Assembly: GCA_020429915.1 (NCBI GenBank)
Contig: JAGQKV010000019.1
Coordinates: 85,727 to 149,726, forward strand
Direction: 5' to 3'
Source of the DNA: Candidatus Omnitrophota bacterium
Lineage (GTDB): Bacteria; Omnitrophota; Gorgyraeia; Zapsychrales; Zapsychraceae
Length of the DNA stretch: 64,000 nucleotides
In this document: in pieces, positions 38,876 through 47,485 of the stretch
Layout of the letters: each line of letters opens with the position of its first letter
Numbering within the stretch: position 1 is the first letter of the stretch
The notes under the pieces: generated by a model
Seen by the model: only the letters and a program-made list of their open reading frames with translations
Told to the model about the DNA's origin: nothing
Databases searched by the model: none
Made by a program: the position numbers and the translations under genes

Positions 38876-39595
38876 ATGTTAAAACACTTACGGTTAGTTA
38901 TCGTGCTCTTCGTCCTGAGCGGATGTGCCGCCAAGATGCAGAAGGCCGTAGTGGAACCCGAGCCGCCCGCCCTTCCGGTTGTCAACGCAGTCGTCCCCGT
39001 AATTGAGGATGCCAGCCCGCCGGTCACCTTGGAGGTCACCGGCACCCAGACCGCGGCCCTGCCTCAGGAAAACCAGGCAACAGCGGAAATCCCTGAGGCG
39101 GAGCGGGAACCCGTCGGCATAGTTTTTGCCAAGACACAGTTCGAGGGAGTTCTCAAGACCAGTTATGTCCGGCTTGCGATCGTAAATCTCGAGGATCCCG
39201 CGAAGACCTTCGAACTGCAGATCGGCGAAAAAACGGCCCCGCAGCCGTTCTCTTTCAATGTCAAGACGGTCAACCCGGGCTACTTTTTTATCGAACTGCC
39301 GTCGGGCCCCTACCGTTTTTCATCCGTTTCGATCCCGGTCGGGGGAGCCACCGCCACGGAACCGCTGGACGTCACCTTCCAGGTGCTGCCGGACCAAATC
39401 AATTATCTGGGGACCTTGCGTTTGAACGGAACCAAGGAGACAATCAAACTCGGTGGAGTGCCGGTGATCAAACCGGGCTTCGAATACCAGGCCCAGGTTA
39501 TCGACGAACTGCAGGAAGGGATCGCCACCTTCAAGCAGCGTTATCCCAATGTCCCCGGCACGCTCACCAATCAACTGATGCGAATCAACCGCTGA
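38876..39595 (+). CDS. Hypothetical lipoprotein.
   Basis: 239 aa. Signal peptide plus lipobox VLSGC. Pro/Ala-rich linker then a beta-rich domain. Directly upstream of dsbD with overlapping stop/start. Confidence 0.55.
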   Translation: MLKHLRLVIVLFVLSGCAAKMQKAVVEPEPPALPVVNAVVPVIEDASPPVTLEVTGTQTAALPQENQATAEIPEAEREPVGIVFAKTQFEGVLKTSYVRLAIVNLEDPAKTFELQIGEKTAPQPFSFNVKTVNPGYFFIELPSGPYRFSSVSIPVGGATATEPLDVTFQVLPDQINYLGTLRLNGTKETIKLGGVPVIKPGFEYQAQVIDELQEGIATFKQRYPNVPGTLTNQLMRINR

Positions 39596-41688
39596 TGAAT
39601 TTCTTCAAACGTAACCGGATAGCGCGTCTCATCGCGTGTATGATATTACTGCTTGGTTTCGGTGTGTCGTCGGCCCCGGCGCAGACCGAACCGGTGCGCC
39701 AGGCCAATACCGAGGTGGAACTCATTCCGCAGTTCTTGAGCTTGTCCCGCGGTCAAGAATTCTGGGTCGGAGTCCGATTCACCCCCGATCCCGATTGGCA
39801 CACCTACTGGCGCAATCCCGGAGATTCGGGGTTGCCACCCAGCGTGGATTGGCAGTTTCCGCCGGGATTCACAGTAGAGGAGGTGGTCTGGCCGCGTCCG
39901 CACCGGATCCTGGCCGGACCGTTGGTGACCTTCGGGTATGACGGTGAGACATTCCTGCTGTTTCGCATCCGCTCACCGACGGATGTGTTCCCCACCGACG
40001 AAATCCCGCTGACGGCCAGGGTCAAGTGGTTGACCTGCCAGGAAATCTGTATCCCCGGAACGGCCAGCTTCAGCTGGACTTTTGCTGTCAGTGATGCGAG
40101 CCCGGCGCCCAATCCCCGATTTCTCAAGTACCACAAAAAACACCGCGAACAGTATCCTTTTCACGAAGACGTGAACGCGATTCGGGCGTATGATCGCGGA
40201 CCGGTATGGGAGATTGTATACAGGCCGTCCCAATTCGTCCCCGGAATGGATCAGGTCCAGTTTTATCCGTATGATGCCGATATCGTCGATTATCAGGCGA
40301 TGCATGAATTTACCGTCAAGGACGGGGTGTATTCCGTCCGAATTAAGAAAGCGGAGACCGCGGATGAAGGATCTATCCAACGGTTGGAGGGATTGTTGGT
40401 ATTTGATAAAGAAGGCTATCCGCCATTGAGGCCTGTGAGGATTGACGTGGCCCTGGAGAAGTCGGAAATGGAATTCGGCTCCCGGCCGATCACCGGGCTG
40501 AGCAGTCTCTGGGGGGCCATGGTCTTTGCCTTTATCGGCGGACTCATTCTTAATCTGATGCCGTGCGTACTGCCGGTCCTATCGATCAAGGTGCTCAGCC
40601 TGATAGAAAAATCCAAACACGGGGACGACAAGATCTTCGGCAGCGGTGTCATGTTCACCTTCGGCGTGGTCGTGAGCTTTTGGGTCCTGGCCGGGGTGAT
40701 GCTGGGCCTGCGCTTTGCCGGCCAGCAGATCGGTTGGGGATTCCAGTTTCAGTCGCCGTATTTCATTGTCTTCATGGCTGTGCTGTTTTTTTGCCTGGCA
40801 TTGAATCTGTTCGGCCTGTTCGAAATAGGGACCGGGCTGACCCGGGTCAAGGCGAGTGACAATTCTTTCATGAACGGCGTGCTGGCCACCATTGTGGCGA
40901 CGCCCTGTACGGCGCCGTTTATGGGATCGGCTATCGGTTATGTTCTGACAAAGCCGCCGGTTTATACCGTGATCGTCTTTACGGCCCTCGGTTTCGGCAT
41001 GGCCGCGCCGTATTTGCTTTTGACCAAATATCCCCGCTTTCTCCGGGCGGTACCCAAACCCGGGCCCTGGATGGCGCACCTCAAGCAGTTCCTGGGATTT
41101 GTCCTGATGGCGGTGGTGGTGTGGTTGTGCTGGGTGCTGTCGCTCCAGAATGGGGCTTTGTCGGTGATCCTGCTGTTGGGCGGTTTGCTGATCCTCGGAC
41201 TCGGTTGCTGGGTCTATGCCGTAAGCCGCAAAGGTCCGGTAATGCTGGTCGTGGCGGCGTTGATCGGCCTGGCGGGATTGTACACCGCCTGCCTGGCGGC
41301 TGCCACGCCGGAGGCCGCGGCGGAGGAGGGGATCGTTTGGGAGCCCTATGATGAGGAAAAGTTGCTGGCCTACCTGAAAACCGACCGTCCGGTTTTCCTG
41401 GATTTTACCGCCGCCTGGTGCCTGTCATGCCAGGTGAACGACCGCACCGTATTTCAAGACAAACGGGTGGCGGCCCGGTTCCGCGAACTCGACGTAATCG
41501 CCGTCAAAGCGGACTGGACCAATCATGATCCGAAAATCACCCGGGCGGTCAATGGCTACGGCAAGAACAGCATCCCGTTTTACGTCCTGTACCCGCGGGA
41601 CAAAGTTAAAGAGTATATTATGTTGCCCGAACTCATTACCCCGGGGATCGTACTGAACGCACTGGAGAAGTACGCCGTCGATCCGTGA
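39595..41688 (+). CDS. dsbD: Thiol:disulfide interchange protein DsbD (periplasmic N-domain, CcdA-like TM core with two Cys, C-terminal thioredoxin domain).
   Basis: 697 aa. Central TM domain with LMPCVLPVLS and ATPCTAPF cysteines. C-terminal Trx motif AAWCLSCQ. Confidence 0.85.
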   Translation: MNFFKRNRIARLIACMILLLGFGVSSAPAQTEPVRQANTEVELIPQFLSLSRGQEFWVGVRFTPDPDWHTYWRNPGDSGLPPSVDWQFPPGFTVEEVVWPRPHRILAGPLVTFGYDGETFLLFRIRSPTDVFPTDEIPLTARVKWLTCQEICIPGTASFSWTFAVSDASPAPNPRFLKYHKKHREQYPFHEDVNAIRAYDRGPVWEIVYRPSQFVPGMDQVQFYPYDADIVDYQAMHEFTVKDGVYSVRIKKAETADEGSIQRLEGLLVFDKEGYPPLRPVRIDVALEKSEMEFGSRPITGLSSLWGAMVFAFIGGLILNLMPCVLPVLSIKVLSLIEKSKHGDDKIFGSGVMFTFGVVVSFWVLAGVMLGLRFAGQQIGWGFQFQSPYFIVFMAVLFFCLALNLFGLFEIGTGLTRVKASDNSFMNGVLATIVATPCTAPFMGSAIGYVLTKPPVYTVIVFTALGFGMAAPYLLLTKYPRFLRAVPKPGPWMAHLKQFLGFVLMAVVVWLCWVLSLQNGALSVILLLGGLLILGLGCWVYAVSRKGPVMLVVAALIGLAGLYTACLAAATPEAAAEEGIVWEPYDEEKLLAYLKTDRPVFLDFTAAWCLSCQVNDRTVFQDKRVAARFRELDVIAVKADWTNHDPKITRAVNGYGKNSIPFYVLYPRDKVKEYIMLPELITPGIVLNALEKYAVDP

Positions 41689-41739
41689 TCAAGAGAGAAA
41701 ATCCAACACCGAGTAAAACTCAAACGAAAGGATAATCAC

Positions 41740-42351
41740 ATGAAAAAACTGACCGCACTTATGGGAGCGCTGGTCCTGGCTGCCGTCGTCGGCACGGGCT
41801 TGGCGCAAGCCACCGTGCAAAACGGCGCCATGGCGCCGGACTTCACGCTGAAAGATTCCAACGGGAACACGCATTCGCTGTCCGATTTCAAAGGCAAGTA
41901 TGTTGTTCTGGAATGGGTCAACTTCGACTGCCCCTTCGTGAAGAAGCACTACGTTCCCGGCAACATGCAGGCCCTGCAAAAAGACCTGACCGCCAAAGGG
42001 GTCGTCTGGCTGTCGATCAATTCATCGGCGCCCGGCAAGCAGGGCAGTTATTCCCCCTCGGAAGTCAATCAGATCATGGAAAACAGCAGCGCCATGCCCA
42101 CCGCTTACCTGTTTGATTCCGACGGAAAAGTCGGAAAACAGTACGGCGCCAAGACGACACCGCATATGTTTGTGGTCGATCCGGAAGGTATGCTGGCTTA
42201 CCAGGGGGCTATCGACAGCATTCCCAGCTTTGATTCGGCTGATATCCCCAAGGCCCGCAATTACGTGACCGCCGCTATCGACAATCTGATGAGCGGAGAG
42301 CCGGTGGCCGACGCCGCGACCACCCCGTACGGCTGTTCGGTAAAGTACTAA
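41740..42351 (+). CDS. Secreted thioredoxin-fold (redoxin/AhpC-TSA-like) protein.
   Basis: 203 aa with a signal peptide. FKGKYVVLEWVNFDCPFV resembles the redoxin-family active-site context. Adjacent to dsbD. Confidence 0.55.
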   Translation: MKKLTALMGALVLAAVVGTGLAQATVQNGAMAPDFTLKDSNGNTHSLSDFKGKYVVLEWVNFDCPFVKKHYVPGNMQALQKDLTAKGVVWLSINSSAPGKQGSYSPSEVNQIMENSSAMPTAYLFDSDGKVGKQYGAKTTPHMFVVDPEGMLAYQGAIDSIPSFDSADIPKARNYVTAAIDNLMSGEPVADAATTPYGCSVKY

Positions 42352-42478
42352 TTCCCCTTGTTTCCGCCTGGCCGGGGCTCCGGTCAGGCGGAAAATATCT
42401 TATTCCCCGGTAGCATCCCGTCGAGCCTGTGTTAGAATAGGGAAGAAATCATTCGCCTATCTGCCATACCGCACGCCC

Positions 42479-44287
42479 ATGGACAATTACAACTATGGAA
42501 TCATAGGGAACTGTTCCAGTGCCGCGCTGGTATCGACCGACTGCAGCATCGACTGGTTGTGCCTGCCGAATTTCGATTCTCCCTCGCTGTTTGCCCGCAT
42601 CCTCGACCAAGCCGACGGCGGGCATTTCAAGATTACGGGATACGAACAGCATGACAGCCACCAGGAATATCTGCGGCTGACCCCGATCCTGCGGACGGTT
42701 GTCCATACCGCGCACGGTTCCTACCAAGTCAACGATTACATGCCACGCTACCGGGATGCCCGCGGCGAGTACCAGTGCCCGTCCGAGGTCCACCGGATGA
42801 TCCGCGTCCTTTCCGGTAATCCCAAAATCCACATTGATTTTGCACCCCGTCCCAACTATGCCCTCGGCGCGCCGGAATTCCGACCCACGTCCGACTATAT
42901 CAAAATCACGTCCACCAAAGGGCCCTACAACAGTTACTATCTCTACAGTAATCTCGATTTCGACAAGATCCTCAGCGGCGAGGAGATCGAACCGGAACCG
43001 GTCAGCTATTTCGTGCTGTCCTATCATGAAAAGCTGGAACAAATCAACTGCGACCGGATTTACCTGGCCTATCAGCGGACCAAATCCTACTGGCTGGAGT
43101 GGATGCAGCGTTCGCGCTATACCGGACGTTTTGCGGAGGAGTTTCAACGTTCTTCCATTACCCTGAAATTGCTGATGTACCAGCGTACGGGAGCCGTGAT
43201 CGCCGCACCAACGACCTCGCTCCCCGAGATTATCGGGCAGGAGCGCAATTGGGACTATCGCTTTTGCTGGGTGCGAGACGCGGCGATGATCGTCGATACT
43301 TACGTGCGTATCGGTCATATCCAGACGGCCGACGGATTTATCAATTTTCTGCTCAACCGTATGCAGCTCAAACATGAGGACATCGGTGTGATGTACGGGA
43401 TCAACGGGGAGGAGAAGCTTGACGAGGTCATCCTGGACCACCTGCCCGGTTACAAAGACTCCAAGCCGGTCCGTATCGGCAACGCGGCCTATCTGCAGAA
43501 GCAGAATGATCTGTACGGAGAGCTTATCGAGACGATCTATACATACTTTTTCATCAACCGGCGGGCCAGTTTTCAGGTCAATGAGGAGATTTGGACCATG
43601 GTCCGTTCGCTGGTCAACCGGGTCCGGGACTGCTGGCGGGAGAAGGACAGCGGTATTTGGGAGCGCCGGGAGGCCATGCAGCACTACACGCATTCCAAAC
43701 TGATGGCCTGGGTGGCCATGGACCGCGCCTGCAAAATCGCCCGGTTTATCCGCAAACCCGAGTATGTCAACGGCTGGGCCCAGCTGGCCGAGGACATCAA
43801 AGTTGATATTTTGAAGAATGCGTGGAACGAAGACCTCAAATGTTTTACAATGTACTACGGTTCGGAGTTATATGACGCGTCCAACCTGCTGATGCTGCAT
43901 TACGGGTTTCTCAGCCCGGACGATCCTCGGATGATCTCCACGGTCGAGGAACACTACAAGCATCTGGTGAAGAACGGATTTACATTCCGCTACACGTCCG
44001 ATGATGAATTCGGCACGCCGGAAAACGCCTTTATTGTCTGCTCCTTCTGGATGATCAACGCCCTGTACCTGATCGGCCGGGAGGACGAGGCCCGACAAAT
44101 GTTTGATCACGTGCGCTCCTGCGCCAATCATCTCGGTCTGTTTTCCGAGGACGTCGACATCACCACCAAGAGATTGACCGGAAATTTTCCGCAGGGTTAT
44201 TCCCATCTGGCCTATATTCAGACCGCCCTATTACTGGAGACGGATTACAATTGGAGCGACGCGTGCGCTCTGAAACCGAATAACTAA
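42479..44287 (+). CDS. Glycoside hydrolase family 15 (glucoamylase/glucodextranase/trehalase-like).
   Basis: 602 aa. N-terminal YGIIGNCSSAALVSTDCSIDWLCLPNFDSP is the GH15-related N-domain. C-terminal (alpha/alpha)6 catalytic region with the WEE/R motif (IWERRE). Confidence 0.85.
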   Translation: MDNYNYGIIGNCSSAALVSTDCSIDWLCLPNFDSPSLFARILDQADGGHFKITGYEQHDSHQEYLRLTPILRTVVHTAHGSYQVNDYMPRYRDARGEYQCPSEVHRMIRVLSGNPKIHIDFAPRPNYALGAPEFRPTSDYIKITSTKGPYNSYYLYSNLDFDKILSGEEIEPEPVSYFVLSYHEKLEQINCDRIYLAYQRTKSYWLEWMQRSRYTGRFAEEFQRSSITLKLLMYQRTGAVIAAPTTSLPEIIGQERNWDYRFCWVRDAAMIVDTYVRIGHIQTADGFINFLLNRMQLKHEDIGVMYGINGEEKLDEVILDHLPGYKDSKPVRIGNAAYLQKQNDLYGELIETIYTYFFINRRASFQVNEEIWTMVRSLVNRVRDCWREKDSGIWERREAMQHYTHSKLMAWVAMDRACKIARFIRKPEYVNGWAQLAEDIKVDILKNAWNEDLKCFTMYYGSELYDASNLLMLHYGFLSPDDPRMISTVEEHYKHLVKNGFTFRYTSDDEFGTPENAFIVCSFWMINALYLIGREDEARQMFDHVRSCANHLGLFSEDVDITTKRLTGNFPQGYSHLAYIQTALLLETDYNWSDACALKPNN

Positions 44288-44312
44288 ATTAACAATTGGT
44301 AAGGAGGAAGAC

Positions 44313-44831
44313 GTGAGAGTACACTCATTACTCGGCATCTTGGCTGTTTCGCTATTCCTGATCGGATGTTCCACCCATACGCAAAGCCCCACGGCGGTGA
44401 ATCGCTTGCAGATCCAGGTCGCCCAGATGGAACGGCAGCTGGAAAACCGGGACAAGGCCATCGGTGATCTGCAGGCCCAGGTTCACGATATGTCTTCCGA
44501 GCTGAACGAGATCAAGACCTACTCGCTGTACGAACCGATCGAGGAGTACGACTACCGGAAAACCGCGCGCGCACCGTTGATTGAAGAGGATGAAGACGAA
44601 CCCGCGGTCCGTGAGACCGAACAGGACGAACGGATTATTCGGGTCAAGGCGACCGAACGGGAAGTTCAGCAGGCCTTAAAGAATGCCGGCTTCTATAACG
44701 GCAAGATCGACGGCAAGATCGGCGCCCAGTCCCGGAAGGCCATTCAAGACTTTCAGCTGGACCACAAACTGAAGGCCGACGGTATAGTCGGCCGCCGGAC
44801 CTGGACCGAACTCAAGACCTACCTTGATTGA
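44313..44831 (+). CDS. Lipoprotein with a C-terminal peptidoglycan-binding (PG_binding_1-like) domain.
   Basis: Lipobox LIGC. Coiled-coil middle. C-terminus LKNAGFYNGKIDGKIGAQSRKAIQDFQ...DGIVGRRTW is a typical PG-binding repeat. Confidence 0.6.
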   Translation: MRVHSLLGILAVSLFLIGCSTHTQSPTAVNRLQIQVAQMERQLENRDKAIGDLQAQVHDMSSELNEIKTYSLYEPIEEYDYRKTARAPLIEEDEDEPAVRETEQDERIIRVKATEREVQQALKNAGFYNGKIDGKIGAQSRKAIQDFQLDHKLKADGIVGRRTWTELKTYLD

Positions 44832-45660
44832 GAACGACCTCGCTGACCGCCGGCCCGCGGTGAGCGTCTTCGGCTGCGGCTGGATGGGATTGCCCGTTGC
44901 CTGCCGGCTGCGCAGCGAAGGTTATCCTGTGAAAGGATCAACCACGGCGGCCGCCAAGATTCCCGTTCTCCGGGAGGCCGGGATACAGCCGTATCTGCTG
45001 TGTTGTGCGCCCGAACTCAGTGGAGAAGATGCGTCGGAATTCTTTGCCTCCGAAATTCTCTTTTTAACGCTGCCGTTTCGACGTAACATGCCCGACCCCG
45101 AAGAGTACCGGCGCCAAATTGCCGCGGTGATCGACCAGGCCCGCACCGGATCGGTGCGATGGATTATTTTTACCAGTTCCACATCCGTATACCCGCCCGC
45201 CGGCACCGAGGTGACGGAGGATGACATCATCGTCCCGCAGAACGCGCGGCAACGCGTACTGCGCGACGTCGAGCAGGACATACTCGGCGCTGCGCCGATT
45301 TCGGGAACGGTGCTTCGTTTCGGCGGATTGTATGGCGGTGATCGTGAGCTGGGCCGGTTTCTCGGGGGTACGGCCGCCGTCCAGCGGGACGGTGAAAGCC
45401 GCGTAAACCTGATCCATCTGGACGATTGTGTGGGCATCGTGAGCGCGGTGATTGCCGCCGGTGCGACGGGGGAGATCTTCAACGCCGTCGGCGACGCCCA
45501 TCCGACCCGGCGTGAATTGTATACCCGCAAGGCCCGGGAATGCGGATTACCCGCTCCCGATTTTGCCGGCTCACCGGGGGGGCCGGATAAAATCGTGTCC
45601 AACCGCAAACTGAAGACGGTTCTGTCTTATTCCTTCATTCATCCCGATCCGCTGGAGTGA
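44824..45660 (+). CDS. NAD(P)-binding Rossmann-fold protein (SDR/epimerase-like).
   Basis: N-terminal VFGCGWMGLPVA glycine-rich NAD(P)-binding motif. 278 aa. Overlaps the upstream gene by 8 nt. Confidence 0.55.
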   Translation: MIENDLADRRPAVSVFGCGWMGLPVACRLRSEGYPVKGSTTAAAKIPVLREAGIQPYLLCCAPELSGEDASEFFASEILFLTLPFRRNMPDPEEYRRQIAAVIDQARTGSVRWIIFTSSTSVYPPAGTEVTEDDIIVPQNARQRVLRDVEQDILGAAPISGTVLRFGGLYGGDRELGRFLGGTAAVQRDGESRVNLIHLDDCVGIVSAVIAAGATGEIFNAVGDAHPTRRELYTRKARECGLPAPDFAGSPGGPDKIVSNRKLKTVLSYSFIHPDPLE

Positions 45661-45661
45661 C

Positions 45662-47485
45662 GTGATGAAGTTTTCTTCTCTGAGTAAAGCCTGGTTGGCG
45701 ACGCCGGCCTTCGTGCTGGCCGCTTTTCTCCTTTACGGAAACACCCTCTCCAGCGCCTTTCATTTCGACGATTTCATCTTTATTGTGCAGAATCCGGAAC
45801 TGACCGATCCCTTTGATATCCGCACGATCTGGGCAGAAGGCAGCGCTCCGACGAGATTTATCGCTTACTGGACCTTCGCCTGGAACTACTATTTTCATCA
45901 GTACGACGTGACCGGCTATCATGTCGTCAATATTTTGATTCACGCGCTGAACGCGATGTTGGTTTATTGGGTCACCGGGTTGCTGGCGACCCGTCTGGCC
46001 GAATCAAACCGGATGCCCGCCAGCCGTGTGCGGGTCGCCGCTGTCATCGCGGCCTTGATTTTCCTGTGTCATCCGCTGCAAACCCAGGCGGTCACGTACT
46101 TGTGCCAACGTTTTGCCTCGTTGGCGACGCTATTCTATGTGCTCGCCGTCGGGTGTTATGTGCGGGGGCGCATGACCGCGCGACCGGTATGGTGGGCCGC
46201 CGCGGGCGTTGCGGCCTTGGCCGGGATGTTCACCAAGCAGATCGTCATGACCCTGCCTGTGACGGTGCTCCTAACGGAATGGTTTTTCTTTCGCGAGGCG
46301 AGGATCACTCCGCGCGCGGTTTGGCGTCACTGGAGATTAATGGCGATGGGAGGGGCGGTATTCCTGCTAATCCCGGCGGTCTATTCTTTCAATGTGCAAT
46401 CCATCCTGCTGCGGGAGTATGAATCCTTGTCCCACCGCGGCGATACACTTGATTTGTGGACCTATTTCCTGACCCAGTCGCGGGTTATCTGGACTTACAT
46501 CCGGTTGCTCGTGTTCCCGGTCGGGCAAAACCTATTGTATGATTTTTCCGCCTCTACCGTGTGGTGGGAGCCGAAGGTCATCGCGGGTTTCAGCGGCATT
46601 ATCGCGCTGACGGCGGCGGCCCTGGTGTGGCGCCGGCGCTATCCGTTGGCTGCCTTCGGTGTCTTGTGGTTTTTTACGACGCTGCTGGTGGAGTCGAGCA
46701 TTATTCCCATCCGGCACGTGATCTTTGAGCACCGCCTGTATCTGCCGATGTTCGGGGTTGCGCTGGTCGCGGCTCAAGTCTTTACCGGACGGCGGCTGCC
46801 GGTCAAAGCGGGGATCGCTTTGGTCACCGCGGCCGTCGTAACGCTTTCCGTGCTGACGATCCGCCGCAATGCCGTGTGGCGCGACGGCATTACCTTATGG
46901 TCGGATGTCCTCGAGAAGTCTCCCGGCCTGATCCGGCCTTACACCCATTTGGCCACCGCCTATTTGAACCAGGGGAATTATGAGCGGGCACTGGAAATCT
47001 ATTCGGCGGCCATCGCGACCGATCCCGAACGGGCCGAGTCCTACAACAACCGCGGAAATGTGTACACGGTCCTCAAACAATATGACCGTGCCCTCGACGA
47101 CTACCGGCAGGCGCTGGTGTTGGACCCGACACTGGAAAAGACGTACAATAACGTCGGGATCATCTACAATAAACGAAAACAATTTGCCGAGGCCCTCGAC
47201 CACTATAACCGGGCGATCGCGCTCAATCCGTCCAATGCCGGCGCGTATTTTAACCGGGCCAATGTGTATCTGCAGCGGAATGAACTCGACAAGGCCTTTG
47301 CCGATTATACGCGCAGTATCGAGAGTAACCCGTTTCAGAAAAAAGCGTATTACTACCGTTCGCAGATTTACGCGACGGGTGGAGATTTTGAGAACGCGTT
47401 GCAGGATGTCCTCGAGGCCCAGTCACTGGGTGTGAAGGTGGATAAGCGGTATGTCGAAGATTTAAGGAAGAAGGTGGCGCCATGA
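45662..47485 (+). CDS. TMTC/PMT-like polytopic membrane protein (DUF1736-type) with C-terminal TPR repeats. Putative protein O-glycosyl(mannosyl)transferase. Paralog 1.
   Basis: 607 aa. Loop-1 motif NTLSSAFHFDDFIFIVQNPEL. HPLQTQAVTYLCQRFASLATLFYV, RLLVFPVGQNLLYDF, IPIRHVIFEHRLYLP. C-terminal TPRs (YNNRGNVY...). Confidence 0.8.
   Translation: MMKFSSLSKAWLATPAFVLAAFLLYGNTLSSAFHFDDFIFIVQNPELTDPFDIRTIWAEGSAPTRFIAYWTFAWNYYFHQYDVTGYHVVNILIHALNAMLVYWVTGLLATRLAESNRMPASRVRVAAVIAALIFLCHPLQTQAVTYLCQRFASLATLFYVLAVGCYVRGRMTARPVWWAAAGVAALAGMFTKQIVMTLPVTVLLTEWFFFREARITPRAVWRHWRLMAMGGAVFLLIPAVYSFNVQSILLREYESLSHRGDTLDLWTYFLTQSRVIWTYIRLLVFPVGQNLLYDFSASTVWWEPKVIAGFSGIIALTAAALVWRRRYPLAAFGVLWFFTTLLVESSIIPIRHVIFEHRLYLPMFGVALVAAQVFTGRRLPVKAGIALVTAAVVTLSVLTIRRNAVWRDGITLWSDVLEKSPGLIRPYTHLATAYLNQGNYERALEIYSAAIATDPERAESYNNRGNVYTVLKQYDRALDDYRQALVLDPTLEKTYNNVGIIYNKRKQFAEALDHYNRAIALNPSNAGAYFNRANVYLQRNELDKAFADYTRSIESNPFQKKAYYYRSQIYATGGDFENALQDVLEAQSLGVKVDKRYVEDLRKKVAP

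Noticed and set aside
42352-42478. Hairpin CCGCCTGGCCGGGGCTCCGGTCAGGCGG after the redoxin gene, considered as a terminator.
   Set aside because: It is followed by an A-rich rather than a clear T-rich tract on the + strand. It is plausible but too weak to call.
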